A stretch of DNA of 64,000 nucleotides from Octopus bimaculoides (lineage: Eukaryota). Each line of letters begins with the position of its first letter. Position 1 is the first letter of the stretch. Positions 1 through 13,196 of the stretch are shown one piece after another. The position numbers and the translations under genes were made by a program. The stretch is from contig NC_068990.1 in assembly GCF_001194135.2 (NCBI RefSeq), positions 93,096,426 to 93,160,425 on the forward strand, written 5' to 3'. The notes under the pieces were generated by a model, which ran no database searches, had not been told where the DNA came from, and was given only the letters and a program-made list of their open reading frames with translations.

Positions 1-863
1 CTAGAGATCCATGAAGGAAGCCAAATGTATCAACAGGAATTAATTAAAATCCTGTGGAGGACAACTTGGCTCTTCCTATTCTTGGCAACGATAAAACATC
101 GTACCAGTCAAGAACATTGATTTCAAAGTGATTTAAATTAAAACTTACCATCAAAATTTCATGTTATGTTCCAATTACAAATCTAATAATGATGAAATTA
201 TTTTATTAAATTCGTCATTATTTTCAATATTTATTGAAACAAACACAGCCTAGATTAATAGAAATATGGTACCAAAAAGGTTAATTAGATATGCTAGAGA
301 ATAATAGAACCATGTAGAGCTATGAAGACAAAATCCTATAGAATGAATTACTGTGTCATTTAGACATGGTAAAGAATGGTTGAATGTGGTAGAACTGTGA
401 AGACAGAACTCCATGAATCAATTACTAAATTGTTTAGGCATGACAGAGAATGGTTAAAATCAGGTGGAATTATGAAGACAGAACTCTAACCACAGAGGGG
501 TTCTTAACACTTAATAACTTTAATTAATACTTTAATATCTAATTGGTTACAGAGAATCTTGCTTTGTTCTGTTGGGGAAAATAGATAAAAGTTGGTTTAA
601 AATGTTAAAGAAATGGTTGAGTGAACAGTGAATAGGTGGCGACAAGCATTTACGGTGCCTGAAACAATAAGTTTGGTGAAGAGAGATGTTAAGTAAGATC
701 TAAAGGAGTATAAAAGAAAATATCTGAAGTAAATCTTAAGAGAAGTATTAATACTTGAGACAATGAGGTTTAACATTATTTGATGATATCAGTGTTATGT
801 TGGAGCTCCTCACATCTCTTAACGCTCTATTGTAATACAACAACAACAACAATAATAATAATA

Positions 864-1092
864 AAGGAATTTGACAAACTCAGTAAATATAAGGATCTGG
901 AAATTGAAATACTAAAGATGTGGCATCTTAAAGCAAAAACTGTTCCTGTTATTGTAGGTGCCTTAGGTATGATAAAAAAAGGTATGTTAGAAGCATCTAG
1001 CTAACATCCCAGGAGAACCATGTTTCAAAGAAACCCAAAAGATTGTGCTGACAAGTGCTGCCCACATCCTTAGAAAAGCTCTATCAGTTTAA
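864..1092 (+). mobile_element. 3' fragment of an RLE-type (R4/Dong/Hero-like) non-LTR retrotransposon
   Basis: Translates as KEFDKLSKYKDLEIEILKMWHLKAKTVPVIVGALG, then after a frameshift NIPGEPCFKETQKIVLTSAAHILRKALSV*. This is the typical C-terminus of restriction-like-endonuclease LINEs. Confidence 0.85.
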
Positions 1093-2325
1093 ATGTCTGT
1101 GTTGTATTACATGGAAATATTTCACTACTGCCCCTCCCACTTCCCCTCCTCTCCCCAAGTTTTCAGTCATACTGTAACATCTCCTGTCCTTCACTCGCCC
1201 CAGGACACTCATGAGTTGATGCCATGAAGTATGGAGTGGCCCAGCAAGTTGGCTTTTGACTGTCAGTCTCTGCTCAGAAATCAGCCGTTTGCTTTTGCTG
1301 GCCATCACTGACCTTCAACTTCCTCAAAGACAGCAGCTCAACTGTTGAATTAATCACAGACACGCACCAAAGAAGCAAAAACCTATAAACATACATTAAG
1401 GATTCATGAAAGGAACTGCTAATGGCTTGTTCCAGCAATAATTGGAGCAAAGGATTAATGGAAACTTATGAAGCTTCACCGGGAAGTCTTCGATACGTAA
1501 ATGTCGGATTTAGGAAAAGAGGCTGGAGTTTAATGGCAGAAGCTTGTTGGATTGAAAGCTGCAGACAATCGGATGGAATAACGTTGAAAGGAGTGCATTG
1601 GTTAAATTAGTCCATCACTGTGTACTTCACACACACACACGTATGCATATGCATATACATGCATACATACACACAAACACACTAATGCACACACTCACAC
1701 ACACACACACATTCACACACATGCACACACACACACACTCATATACATACATGCTCTTTTTCTCTTTCTCTTTGTCTCACTTTCTTTCTCTCTCCCTTTT
1801 TCTTTCTCTTTCACTCTCTCTCTCTCTCCCTCTCTCTTTGTCTCTTTCTCTTCGTCTCTCTCTCCCTCTCTCCCAGTCTCTCCCTCTTTCTTTCCCTCTC
1901 TCACTCTCTGGTCTACATTGACAAATTCCTGATAAATTCGCAGAGTGTCTTCTTCAAAAGCCGTCCTCTTAAATTATTCACAAATCTCCATAAACAGCCG
2001 AACTGAAGTATTTCGACTTTGAGAATTCCAGCCAGAGAATGGTAAGTCCAGCATTAGCAGACATTCGACCCTTGCTTGGCACCGAATAATTACTTAACAT
2101 TTTAAGTGAAAGGGAAAATTGTTTTGAAAGGTGTTTCCCCAGATCCTCTTCAATCTCCTTTATGCAATCCCTATGTGTGTGTATGTGCGTGTGTGTGTTT
2201 GTGTATGTATCTATTTATATCTCATCATCATTATCATCATCATTTAATGTCCATTTTCCATGCTGGCATGGGTTGGATGGTTTGACAGGAGCTGGTAAGG
2301 CCGGGAACCAGGGCCAGAATCTGAT

Positions 2326-2525
2326 GAAGAAAAGAAGGTTGTGGAAGCTCAAGGATCCTTCAAATGGGCTGAGATTTAGAGATGTTCTTAATGAAATCTT
2401 TGATGAAAAGGCGGAAGAGATAGAAACTTTCAATGGAGAGGACAACTGGAAGTTCTTGCGGGACGTTCTGAAGGCAACAGACCAAATCTGTGGCCGGAGC
2501 AAAGCTTCTGACAGACCAAGGGTGA
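2326..2525 (+). mobile_element. RTE-clade LINE fragment (endonuclease-RT linker)
   Basis: MKKRRLWKLKDP...EDNWKFLRDVLKATDQICGRSK resembles the RTE linker (..LLRATDQICGW..). Flanked by microsatellite and SINE sequence. Confidence 0.7.
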
Positions 2526-4083
2526 TATATACATGCATATATATATATATGTATATATATATATAGTTAATAAAAAACATATATTAGAAAGAAGCACTCT
2601 CTAAAAAATAGAGCAGTAACTATTACATCAAAATTTTGTATAGAGTTGCCCAAGGTTCCCACCCATAAAGCAAAGCCTTGTGGACAGCTCCTCACCCACA
2701 AGGCTTTGCTTTATGGGTGCAAAACTTTGGGTAACCGTATATAAAATTTTGTTGTCATATATATATATATATATATCCACACATGTATACATACATACAA
2801 AAATACATACTTACATACAAACATGCATATATTTATATATATATATGTATGTATGTATGTATGTACACGCATGAATACAAACGTACATATATACATGCAT
2901 ACATGCACGCATACAACCAGACTTCCTTAAACATATACATATGACCACATGTGTATATAGCCATACTAAGATACACCACTTCACATGATTCTGTGAGAGA
3001 TAAGATAAATCACAAGTAAGACCAGCTTTTGAGATGCGATGAATCACAACAAACACTAGCTTCAAAGCTATGATATATCACAATTAAGGTTAACCTCTGT
3101 GATATGTTATGTCAGAAGAGAGACCAGCTTCATGGTCCACTCGGAAACTAACACATGCTTACCTTGTGTGTGTCTGTGTGTGTGGTGTCGATAGTGATGG
3201 TGGTGGAGGAGGTAGTGAGTTTGATGTGAATGCTCTCCTCGTAGCTTGAGGCTTCACTCTCTTTACATGAGTACACGAGTGAGTTTAGTGTAAACATCTT
3301 CGCTATAGATTGAAACCTTGTTCACTCTCTCCCTGATTACTTACATCAGTGTAGGAATGGCTTTAGTGCAGTTGCACCTAATGCAGACTGAAGTCCTCCT
3401 CACCACATCCCCTTCTCTCTGTCTCTGTATACTCACCTCTGTACGTGAGTGAGTTCGGTGTGAATCTCCTCTCTACAGATTGAAGTCTCACTCACTCTCT
3501 CTCTCTCTCTCTCTCTCTGCACTCATCTCGGTACATAAACGAGGGGAGTTGAGTGTGAATGTTCTCTCAGCACACTTAGTCGACTTCTTTTCATTTCCAT
3601 TTACAACAAGATGCTCTGTGCACGCTTTATTCAACTGCTGCTGCTGTTGTTGTTGTTGTTACAGGTTTAAGTAAACAACAACAACAACCACAGCAGCAGC
3701 AGCAGCCAGTGTAAAATAAGCATGTCTCCTCTGTTGAAACATGTAACATGTGTTGATAACTTAAGATGTCAGTCTTCACTTACAATTCTTACATTGTACT
3801 TGGTAATATGGCACTGTGATGTTGTTGCTGTTGTTGTTGTTGTTGGCAGTGGTGGTGGTGGGCGTCGGTGGTAATGAGGGTGATGGTGGTGGTGGTGGTG
3901 GTGTTTATGTTTTCGTTTCTTATTAAATGCTAAGATGAGCCTCCCCAAGAAAGACATCAATGAAAGCATGTGTTTGAGTGCATTTGTGTATGTATATATA
4001 TGTATATGTATATAAATTTTTGTTTCAGAATGAGATAAAAAAACCCAAGGCTGTGTAGATTTTAGAACATTTATTAATAGAAG

Positions 4084-4131
4084 GTCTTACGGCTGTTTCC
4101 AGGATATTTATTATATCCCTTCATCAGAGAC
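4084..4131 (-). ncRNA. Minimal type I hammerhead ribozyme motif, family B (stem III variant)
   Basis: Reverse complement reads GUCU-CUGAUGA-A-GGGAUAU aauaa AUAUCCU-G-GAAA-CAGCCG-UA-AGAC: core, stem I and stem II all present. Identical copy at 5091-5138. Confidence 0.7.
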
Positions 4132-4136
4132 GGTGA

Positions 4137-4976
4137 NNNNNNNNNNNNNNNNNNNNNNNNNNNNNNNNNNNNNNNNNNNNNNNNNNNNNNNNNNNNNNNN
4201 NNNNNNNNNNNNNNNNNNNNNNNNNNNNNNNNNNNNNNNNNNNNNNNNNNNNNNNNNNNNNNNNNNNNNNNNNNNNNNNNNNNNNNNNNNNNNNNNNNNN
4301 NNNNNNNNNNNNNNNNNNNNNNNNNNNNNNNNNNNNNNNNNNNNNNNNNNNNNNNNNNNNNNNNNNNNNNNNNNNNNNNNNNNNNNNNNNNNNNNNNNNN
4401 NNNNNNNNNNNNNNNNNNNNNNNNNNNNNNNNNNNNNNNNNNNNNNNNNNNNNNNNNNNNNNNNNNNNNNNNNNNNNNNNNNNNNNNNNNNNNNNNNNNN
4501 NNNNNNNNNNNNNNNNNNNNNNNNNNNNNNNNNNNNNNNNNNNNNNNNNNNNNNNNNNNNNNNNNNNNNNNNNNNNNNNNNNNNNNNNNNNNNNNNNNNN
4601 NNNNNNNNNNNNNNNNNNNNNNNNNNNNNNNNNNNNNNNNNNNNNNNNNNNNNNNNNNNNNNNNNNNNNNNNNNNNNNNNNNNNNNNNNNNNNNNNNNNN
4701 NNNNNNNNNNNNNNNNNNNNNNNNNNNNNNNNNNNNNNNNNNNNNNNNNNNNNNNNNNNNNNNNNNNNNNNNNNNNNNNNNNNNNNNNNNNNNNNNNNNN
4801 NNNNNNNNNNNNNNNNNNNNNNNNNNNNNNNNNNNNNNNNNNNNNNNNNNNNNNNNNNNNNNNNNNNNNNNNNNNNNNNNNNNNNNNNNNNNNNNNNNNN
4901 NNNNNNNNNNNNNNNNNNNNNNNNNNNNNNNNNNNNNNNNNNNNNNNNNNNNNNNNNNNNNNNNNNNNNNNNNNNN
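4137..4976. other. Assembly gap (N run)
   Basis: Run of n. Other large gaps at 5969-6645 and 38514-39112; short ones near 10920, 35342, 49963 and 63116. ORF-track entries full of X are artefacts. Confidence 0.99.
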
Positions 4977-5090
4977 ATATATATATATATAGATATAGAT
5001 ATATATATGTATATGTATATAAATTTTTGTTTCAGAATGAGATAAAAAAACCCAAGGCTGTGTAGATTTTAGAACATTTATTAATAGAAG

Positions 5091-5138
5091 GTCTTACGGC
5101 TGTTTCCAGGATATTTATTATATCCCTTCATCAGAGAC
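5091..5138 (-). ncRNA. Minimal type I hammerhead motif, family B (duplicate across the gap)
   Basis: Identical to 4084-4131 at an offset of 1007 nt. Confidence 0.65.
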
Positions 5139-5678
5139 GGTGAAGGGATATAATAAAGAGCTGACTTTTGCCAGTACTCTGCTTTCATTTTTAGTGACCA
5201 GCTGCCTACACAGTCATAGATCCCTGTTTCGCAGTCTGGCTCCAAATGAATTTACTGACCACTCCACTCTCAGAAGTTCTGAGAAATGTCGTGGTTGTAA
5301 ATTGTGATTTTGCAATCATCTGGGCAACTGACTGCTTTATTGAAGTATCATTGGTGACTCTCGTAAGTGGTATCTTGACCCAGTAAAACACGCAGGATGT
5401 GACATCTGCAGTGGGAGACGGAGACACCAGCACTTGGCTTTTAAACTGAGTGGACAGGAGCTACAGAATATGAAGCCCCTTGCTCAAGACACAAGGCACT
5501 ACCTGCTGAAGGAGTTGAACCTATGACAATATGATAGTGAGTTAAGCATCCTAATCATTAGACCATCTACCTGTGCCATGATTAGTTTAAAATCCTAAGT
5601 AAAGAGAACATCTAAAGACAACTTTAATAAAAAAAAACCGAAAATGCTTTAGAACCAGATGGCATATCCAAGGAGTGT

Positions 5679-5730
<52 letters not shown>

Positions 5731-6645
5731 CTGCTAGAAGTAGCAACCGAATCTTGCTTAGATAACAGCCTACTTTTCTAACAATAGAAGGACGCTTTGT
5801 GGTGTGTAGTCCTTGATACACAATGTTCGAATGTGAAATGAGATTCTCATCTGATGACAGGTCTGCTTGATTGTGGCTAGCCTGAGGCTAAAAGACAACA
5901 GCGAGAACTCTTTTAGGGACATAATTAATTCCATTCAAGAAAATACATTTTGTGTTGTTGTAAAGAATNNNNNNNNNNNNNNNNNNNNNNNNNNNNNNNN
6001 NNNNNNNNNNNNNNNNNNNNNNNNNNNNNNNNNNNNNNNNNNNNNNNNNNNNNNNNNNNNNNNNNNNNNNNNNNNNNNNNNNNNNNNNNNNNNNNNNNNN
6101 NNNNNNNNNNNNNNNNNNNNNNNNNNNNNNNNNNNNNNNNNNNNNNNNNNNNNNNNNNNNNNNNNNNNNNNNNNNNNNNNNNNNNNNNNNNNNNNNNNNN
6201 NNNNNNNNNNNNNNNNNNNNNNNNNNNNNNNNNNNNNNNNNNNNNNNNNNNNNNNNNNNNNNNNNNNNNNNNNNNNNNNNNNNNNNNNNNNNNNNNNNNN
6301 NNNNNNNNNNNNNNNNNNNNNNNNNNNNNNNNNNNNNNNNNNNNNNNNNNNNNNNNNNNNNNNNNNNNNNNNNNNNNNNNNNNNNNNNNNNNNNNNNNNN
6401 NNNNNNNNNNNNNNNNNNNNNNNNNNNNNNNNNNNNNNNNNNNNNNNNNNNNNNNNNNNNNNNNNNNNNNNNNNNNNNNNNNNNNNNNNNNNNNNNNNNN
6501 NNNNNNNNNNNNNNNNNNNNNNNNNNNNNNNNNNNNNNNNNNNNNNNNNNNNNNNNNNNNNNNNNNNNNNNNNNNNNNNNNNNNNNNNNNNNNNNNNNNN
6601 NNNNNNNNNNNNNNNNNNNNNNNNNNNNNNNNNNNNNNNNNNNNN

Positions 6646-6691
<46 letters not shown>

Positions 6692-6779
6692 AGAAAGAAA
6701 GAAAGAGAGAGAGGAGAGAGAGATACATACATATACACATGCATTTACATATTTGCACATATACATGCATATATACGTA

Positions 6780-7052
6780 TATCATCACGTGATCACATGA
6801 CGACCAGACTATCAGATGTTGTTACACACCACTGGTCACAGTGTGCTTTGGCCTCATCTTAGCCTTTGAATGACCCCACTCCACTGGCTGCATAAGCTGG
6901 CCAACATTCCCCCTGATTCAAAGGGAAAACTGGAGCCACAGGAAATGAAGTGTTTAGCTCAAGAACACAATGTGTTGCCCAGTCTGGGAATTGAACCCAT
7001 GACCTAAGAATTGTGAGTGCAACTTACCTAACCACTGGGCCACACGCCCTCA
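6780..7052 (-). mobile_element. tRNA-derived SINE, family S4
   Basis: Reverse complement begins with A box TGGCCCAGTGG and B box GGTTCAATTCC, then ...gtgttcttgagctaaacacttcatt. Related copies at ~13808-13990 (+), ~18975-19130 (-) and ~5450-5570 (-). Confidence 0.75.
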
Positions 7053-8540
7053 CATACATTCTCTTGTACTTTTTTACATGTTTCAGTCATTTGACTGCGG
7101 CCATGCTGGTGCACTGCCTTTAGTCAAAGAAATCGACCCCAGGACTTATTCTTTGTAAGCCTAGTACTTATTCTATCGGTCTCTTTTGCTGGACCACTAG
7201 GGTGCAATGCTTTGCGGTATTTCGTCTGTCTTTACGTTCTGAGTTCAAATTCTGCTGAGGTCAATAAAATAAGCAGCAGTTGAATAGTGGCGGGGGGGAG
7301 GTGTTGATGTAATCGGCCCATCCCCTTACCCCTGACCTTGGGCCAAAATATGAAATCAGTATCTAATCACCTATTAGATTACACACCAAAGTGCTTGCAG
7401 TGTGATTGAACTCAAACCATTTGGGTTTGTAGCTGTGAACTGTATCCGCTCGACCAACCTCTTACTGTCTGTTCATCCATAAAAGCAAGATCCAATTTTC
7501 ACAATGACAGTGACTCGGTGACGTTTCCGTTAGTATGAAGAAAATTTAATAAAATATTTGATCATTGTGGGACATGATTGGATTTAAGAATTGAAAATGA
7601 TGTGGAATGAAGAGATGGAAGTGTCTGGGAGTGGGTGGATGGAGGGGTGGAAGGTCAGTGGGAGGCAATCAGCCAGAATTGCAGCTTCCAATACAGTCAA
7701 TATGATAGCAATATTGCTGACACGTAGGTATCTGGCATCAATGGCTAATTCCAGCAGATGGACCGAATAAAGTTGCTTTTCTATAACAAGACACAAAACA
7801 AGACATGATGCTTCAATATGGCGTCCGTCCAATTTTTAGAAAAATACGGCCACTGCGGTAGATGGTATTGATTGGTTTCTAGACGTCTTTTCTTTTATTG
7901 ATTTCCAATATATATTGTGTGTATGATTCTGCGTGTGTCTGTGTGTCTGTGTGGATGATAGTGTGTGAGAGAGGGGGGTGGGGAAGAGCTGCAAGAGGGA
8001 AAGGGTGAGTCTAATTCAGCTTTTTAAGTAGACAGCGTTTTAGGTGGAACAATGGAATCTTCTGATGCTACAAATATTAACGAATTCAGAATGGTTATCA
8101 AGTCATCAGAACTCCCTTCAACTCCCTCCCCGCAACCTCTCCAAAACACTTCTTGACTCATCTAAACTCCTTAATATACACAAGAATATTCCAGAATCCC
8201 AGAACATCCTACAACCAAAAACATAAATTCTGACTTTAAAGTACGACCATGCTGCAGCACTGTGATAATATATACAGTACAGCCACACATATACATCTTC
8301 TTACACACACACAGGCAAACAAGCACACACATACATATCATCACATATGCACAGATACAAACATATATACATAGTCACTTACACGCACACACACACACAC
8401 ACACACACCACACATCACACATACACACACACACACACGGATATATAAGTGTGTGTGTGTGTATACGCGTGTGTCTATGTGTCTGTATATATGTACCTAT
8501 ATATGTATATACACAAACACACACTCACAGATATATATAT

Positions 8541-8596
<56 letters not shown>

Positions 8597-9691
8597 TTAC
8601 GTCTCATCTATCTATCTATCTGTTTATAAATATATACCATCATCATCATCACCATCATCATTTAATGTCCATTTTCCCTGCTTGCATGGATTGGAGGGTT
8701 TATATATAGAGAGTTAAGAAGTTTGCTTCCCAACCACATAGTTTCAGGTTCAATCCCACTGCATGGAGCCTGGGGCAAGTGACTTTCTATTATAGCCCCA
8801 GGATTTCCGAAGCCTTGTGAGGGAATTTGGTTGACAGAAGCTTAAAGAAACATATCGGTGTGTATGTGTATGTATATTATTTGCATACATGGGGGTATGC
8901 ATGTTCATGTGTATATGTGTGTGCGTGTGTGTGTGAGTGTATGTGTGTATGCATGTGTGTGTGTGCTTGTGAGTGTGTGCGTGTGTGTATGTTTGTATTT
9001 GTGTGTGCTTGTGCATGTGCATGCATGTGTGTGCTTGTGTGTGTGTATGTGTGTGTCATCTTGGATGGGTCGTGTTGTCACTCATATAAATTGATTCTAT
9101 TTCGTTTCCTTTATTATTATTATTATTAAACCCTGGGTTCAATGTAATCGACTGATCCCCTCCCCCAAAACTGCTGCCCTTGTGGAAAAGCTTGAAACCA
9201 TTATTATTATTAGTAATCAACTCCTACTGAGGTGAGTTTTTGCCTTTCCTCCTATCTGGGCCAATGTTGTAAAGTACCAGTCATCTGCTCAGGTCAATAG
9301 AATTGACCCCCCTCCCCACCACTAAAATTACTGACTTTGTGCCAAAATTAGAAACAATTAGTATTAATCAACTAATCAACCAATTAACTAATTGACTGCT
9401 TCACTAATTACTTGAACAATCAATCGCTTGTTTTTGTTATAATCCTTTCATTGTCATTCATGTCGTCATCAATAATGTACCCTCATTGCTCCAGATTGGC
9501 CACAATGCAGACAAACCGGATATGATGCGTTTTGTGATTTGCATTTACACATTTCAAAATGTGTGTGTGTGTGTGAGTTATTTTGTTTTTTTGCTTGATT
9601 TGTGCCCCTGTTTACAATTTTTTTCTTTTTTTCGTGTGTGTGTGTGTGTGTGAGTTTGACTTCTTCTGCTTCTCCATTCTTGCACAGATCA

Positions 9692-9764
9692 GAGGACAAA
9701 TATCCATCAAATGTAAATAAGGTAAATAATGTACATAATTCCTCATCTCTTAAATATAGAACTG
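9692..9764 (+). mobile_element. Isolated 3' tail of the tRNA-hammerhead element (family A)
   Basis: gaggacaaatatccatcaaatgtaaat...cctcatctcttaaatatagaactg matches the tail of the 33377-33614 copy. Confidence 0.8.
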
Positions 9765-12700
9765 AAAAAATAAAATGACAGCAGAATGATAATAAAGGGA
9801 AATCTAAGAACTGGAAAATTGGTGAACTGTCAAAATCGTTAGCAGACTGGGCCAAATCGTTAGCAGACTGGGCCAAAGGCTTGGTTGCCATTCACTTGTC
9901 TTTTACATTCTAAGTTCAAATTCCGCTAAGGTTGACGTTGACTTTTCTCCTTTTAGGGTCATTAAAATAAGTACCAGTTGAATACTGGGGTCAATGTAAT
10001 CAACTTAACTTGTCCCTTCAAACTATTGCCCTTGTGTTAAAGTTTGAAACCATTGTGGTAATAATTGGAAGGACAAGTATTCAGATATTGAAGTAGGAAA
10101 CCATACCATCTTGAAAAAATCGATTGCCTGGAAGTTATCAAACAAACTTGATTCAGCTCATCATTAACAAAACAAAACAAAATAATAATAATAATCATAA
10201 TGATAGATAAATAAATAAATAATAATAATGAGAGATAAATAAATAACTATAAATTAAACAATAGAAGTACAAGAGTGGATCGATTTTGGTTGTAAACTTT
10301 CCTGTGAACCATATCTGATTGTCTGATGTCAAACTTGTATTTCAAGGCAGCTTGAACACGAATCGAGTTTATTGATTTAACTAATGAAAGTGTCACTGAA
10401 GATAACGAGGTGTTGCAAAACAATGGACCTAGCCAAGCCGAAAATTGCCAGAACTACATCAAAGCGAACACAGGGGCCCGAGAAGAGTAAATAGGGATGA
10501 ACTGCAATCAAGTAAAGTCCCTAGTTTGAATGATGCTGTGTAAGAATAAAAAACGAAAGAGTCATTCATGTGGTGTGGTTTTTGCATGTTTCATGTGGTT
10601 TATACAATTACTATAATCACATGACCCAGCCTGATAGACATTTGATCAGTGCTCACTTAGAATGAAGCAAGAGGTTTCTTTGTTTTAACGAGGCTTCTGG
10701 GCATGAAACTCTACAGGGAGACTACATTTGGAGACTTTGAATAAGAACTTTACAAGATGTCGTATAGACATTTTGCTCAACATTTTTCTCATTGGTTTTG
10801 CAAATATCAACATTCTTATCTTTTCTACTTTTGCCATTCTTTTTCTTCTTGTTTTACTTGCTATTGTTCTTGTTGTTGCTATATTCTTCTTTAGCCATTA
10901 ATTGTTGTTGTTATTGCTGNNNNNNNNNNNNNNNNNTTTTTTTTTTTATGCTTTGGCAAACAGATGACAGTTTTGAATGTTATAGCTACCTCCCTCCTCC
11001 TCCTCCCCCTCTTCTTCTTCTTCTTCTTCTTCTTCTTCTTGCTCCTCCTCCTCCTCCTCCTCCAACGTCAAACTTGTTGACATTTTTCATAAAAATATTT
11101 ATCGGTTGACTGCAGACGACAGGGACAAAATAACTGTTGTCTGCAGCCATCCAACAAATAACAATATCTCCCCTAATTAGGGGAAAATACTGACAGTTTT
11201 TAAACTTACTTCTTCGCAAAAGTGTCTATCACAATTATTATGATGAAAAATTCCGGGAGAAATTAATGAAAGATGGTGTAAACTTGCAGACTATCAGTGT
11301 TTGTGTTCAGATAATAATCTTTCACTTATTTTCCACAAGGGCCAATGTATGTAATACAAAATGTTTTAGAAAATGAGTTACTTAATGCCAGGGTTGCAAA
11401 ATGAGTTACGTAACGGAGGGGAGTGTGCCAAAAAAAAAAAAAAATAGAATACAGGTTCAAAGTTTACAACCCAAAGCAAATGGTTGCTTAACTAGAAAAA
11501 AGTGAAAAATCCAATACTGCTATAGTTGAAGCCCCTCTACCACTTTGACTGGCTTCTGTCGTGATAATTCCTGAAAACCTGGAAAACATCTGCAATTATC
11601 CTTGAGTACCCCTGGCTTTGGCCTTGGGTTAAAACTTTCTCAATTATTTCGGTGACCCAGCTGCTGCCATGTGTATGGCCTTTTACCAATAACCCTTTCA
11701 GTTTTGGGATCAACCGATTTGCCCCCTCGTTTCCTTCTCAATCAATGTTTCTCTATCAAACCATTCAGTGGTTTCATCAAGTTACCTTTACCTGTTCAGG
11801 TAACTATATTTTCAGAATTTCTTTTTATGGAACTTTCTATGTCTAACATCGGTCTGTGATTATTCATTTCTTTCTTTATGGGAGTTCTTTGAGGGTTCTT
11901 TTCCTTTTACTGTCCCTTATTTCCCATCTTTCTCCTGGTTCTGTCTTTTCCTCGTTGTCTCTAGATGGGACAGAATTGTGGCGGTGGAGGCGGTGGTGGT
12001 AGTAAGAATAATTGGAATAAAATGCGATTACACCATACATACTCTGTCACATTAACACCCAATAAAATAATACAAGAGATACTCATCAATAAGTGACACC
12101 TGAGACTGGAACACACACACACACGTACACACACACACACACACTCATATGCACACACACACTCATATGCACACCCACACACACACACAGCTTGGCATTC
12201 TATGCAATTACTACTCAATAACAGAACTCAAGCCACACAGTGCAAACTTCACCACCCAACACTAACACTGAACTCAATCTATGTTGTATGCACAGACATA
12301 CCACCTGCACCAGCACCAGCACCACAACAACCACCACAACCACCACTACCACCACAACTACCACCACCACCACTACCACCAGCAGCAGCACCATCACCAC
12401 CACCACCACCACCACCACCACCACCACCACCACCACCACCACCACCACCAGTTTAACTAGACCCCCAAATGTGCCATCACTCAATATGTACTCCCATCTC
12501 AAACGTGCCATCATTCTAAATGTGCCATCGTTCCCAATGTGCCATCTTGGTGTATTCCATCAGAGTCTGTGTGATTTCATTTTGCCAAGCTCCTCAAACT
12601 GTGCCATCAGTGAAATGCCCAGACTTTTACCCCCTTGTCAGCCATCCTAATTTATCTGTCCCCACAAAGTTTTATTTAGAGATGTCATGTTTTCGTCCGA

Positions 12701-13150
12701 TGAGGTCACCATAGCAATTCTGTTTATAATCACAGGTTTGGAGGTCACCTACTTTTTGACAGCTTTGTACCAATTCAGAGTTCACTCCTGTTTGATAGTT
12801 CATAAGGACACACAGCTGCTGTTCTGCTATATCTCTCTTCACCACGCACACACACACGCACACACACATACACACACATACGTACATACACACATTTATA
12901 CATACATAATACATGCATGCATACATTCATACATACATACATACATGCACGCATACATGTGTGTATGTATACATGTACACACACACACGTATGTATATAT
13001 ATGTAAGCTCATTTCAGAATAACAGAACATCGGAACATTTGCTGATGGCAGGACTTAAGCTTGTAAAGATCAAGTGGACTGGGGCTTCCTGTTTTGCCTG
13101 TCAGCTTGTCCAACCATACACACATGCACGTGCACGCACACACACACACA

Positions 13151-13196
<46 letters not shown>

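Noticed and set aside
5851-5900. Other CTGATGA hits (5851, 15555 minus, 45415, 53860 minus, 54731)
   Set aside because: No stem II followed by GAAA and UH in the correct geometry, so these are not hammerheads.
4133-6862. Long ORFs of 269-331 aa in the ORF track (also 38366-39239)
   Set aside because: They consist of X residues from N gaps plus microsatellite translation.
12202-12650. Pro-rich, Val-rich and Thr-rich ORFs
   Set aside because: Translations of a (CAC)n/(CCA)n microsatellite, with no splice or homology support.
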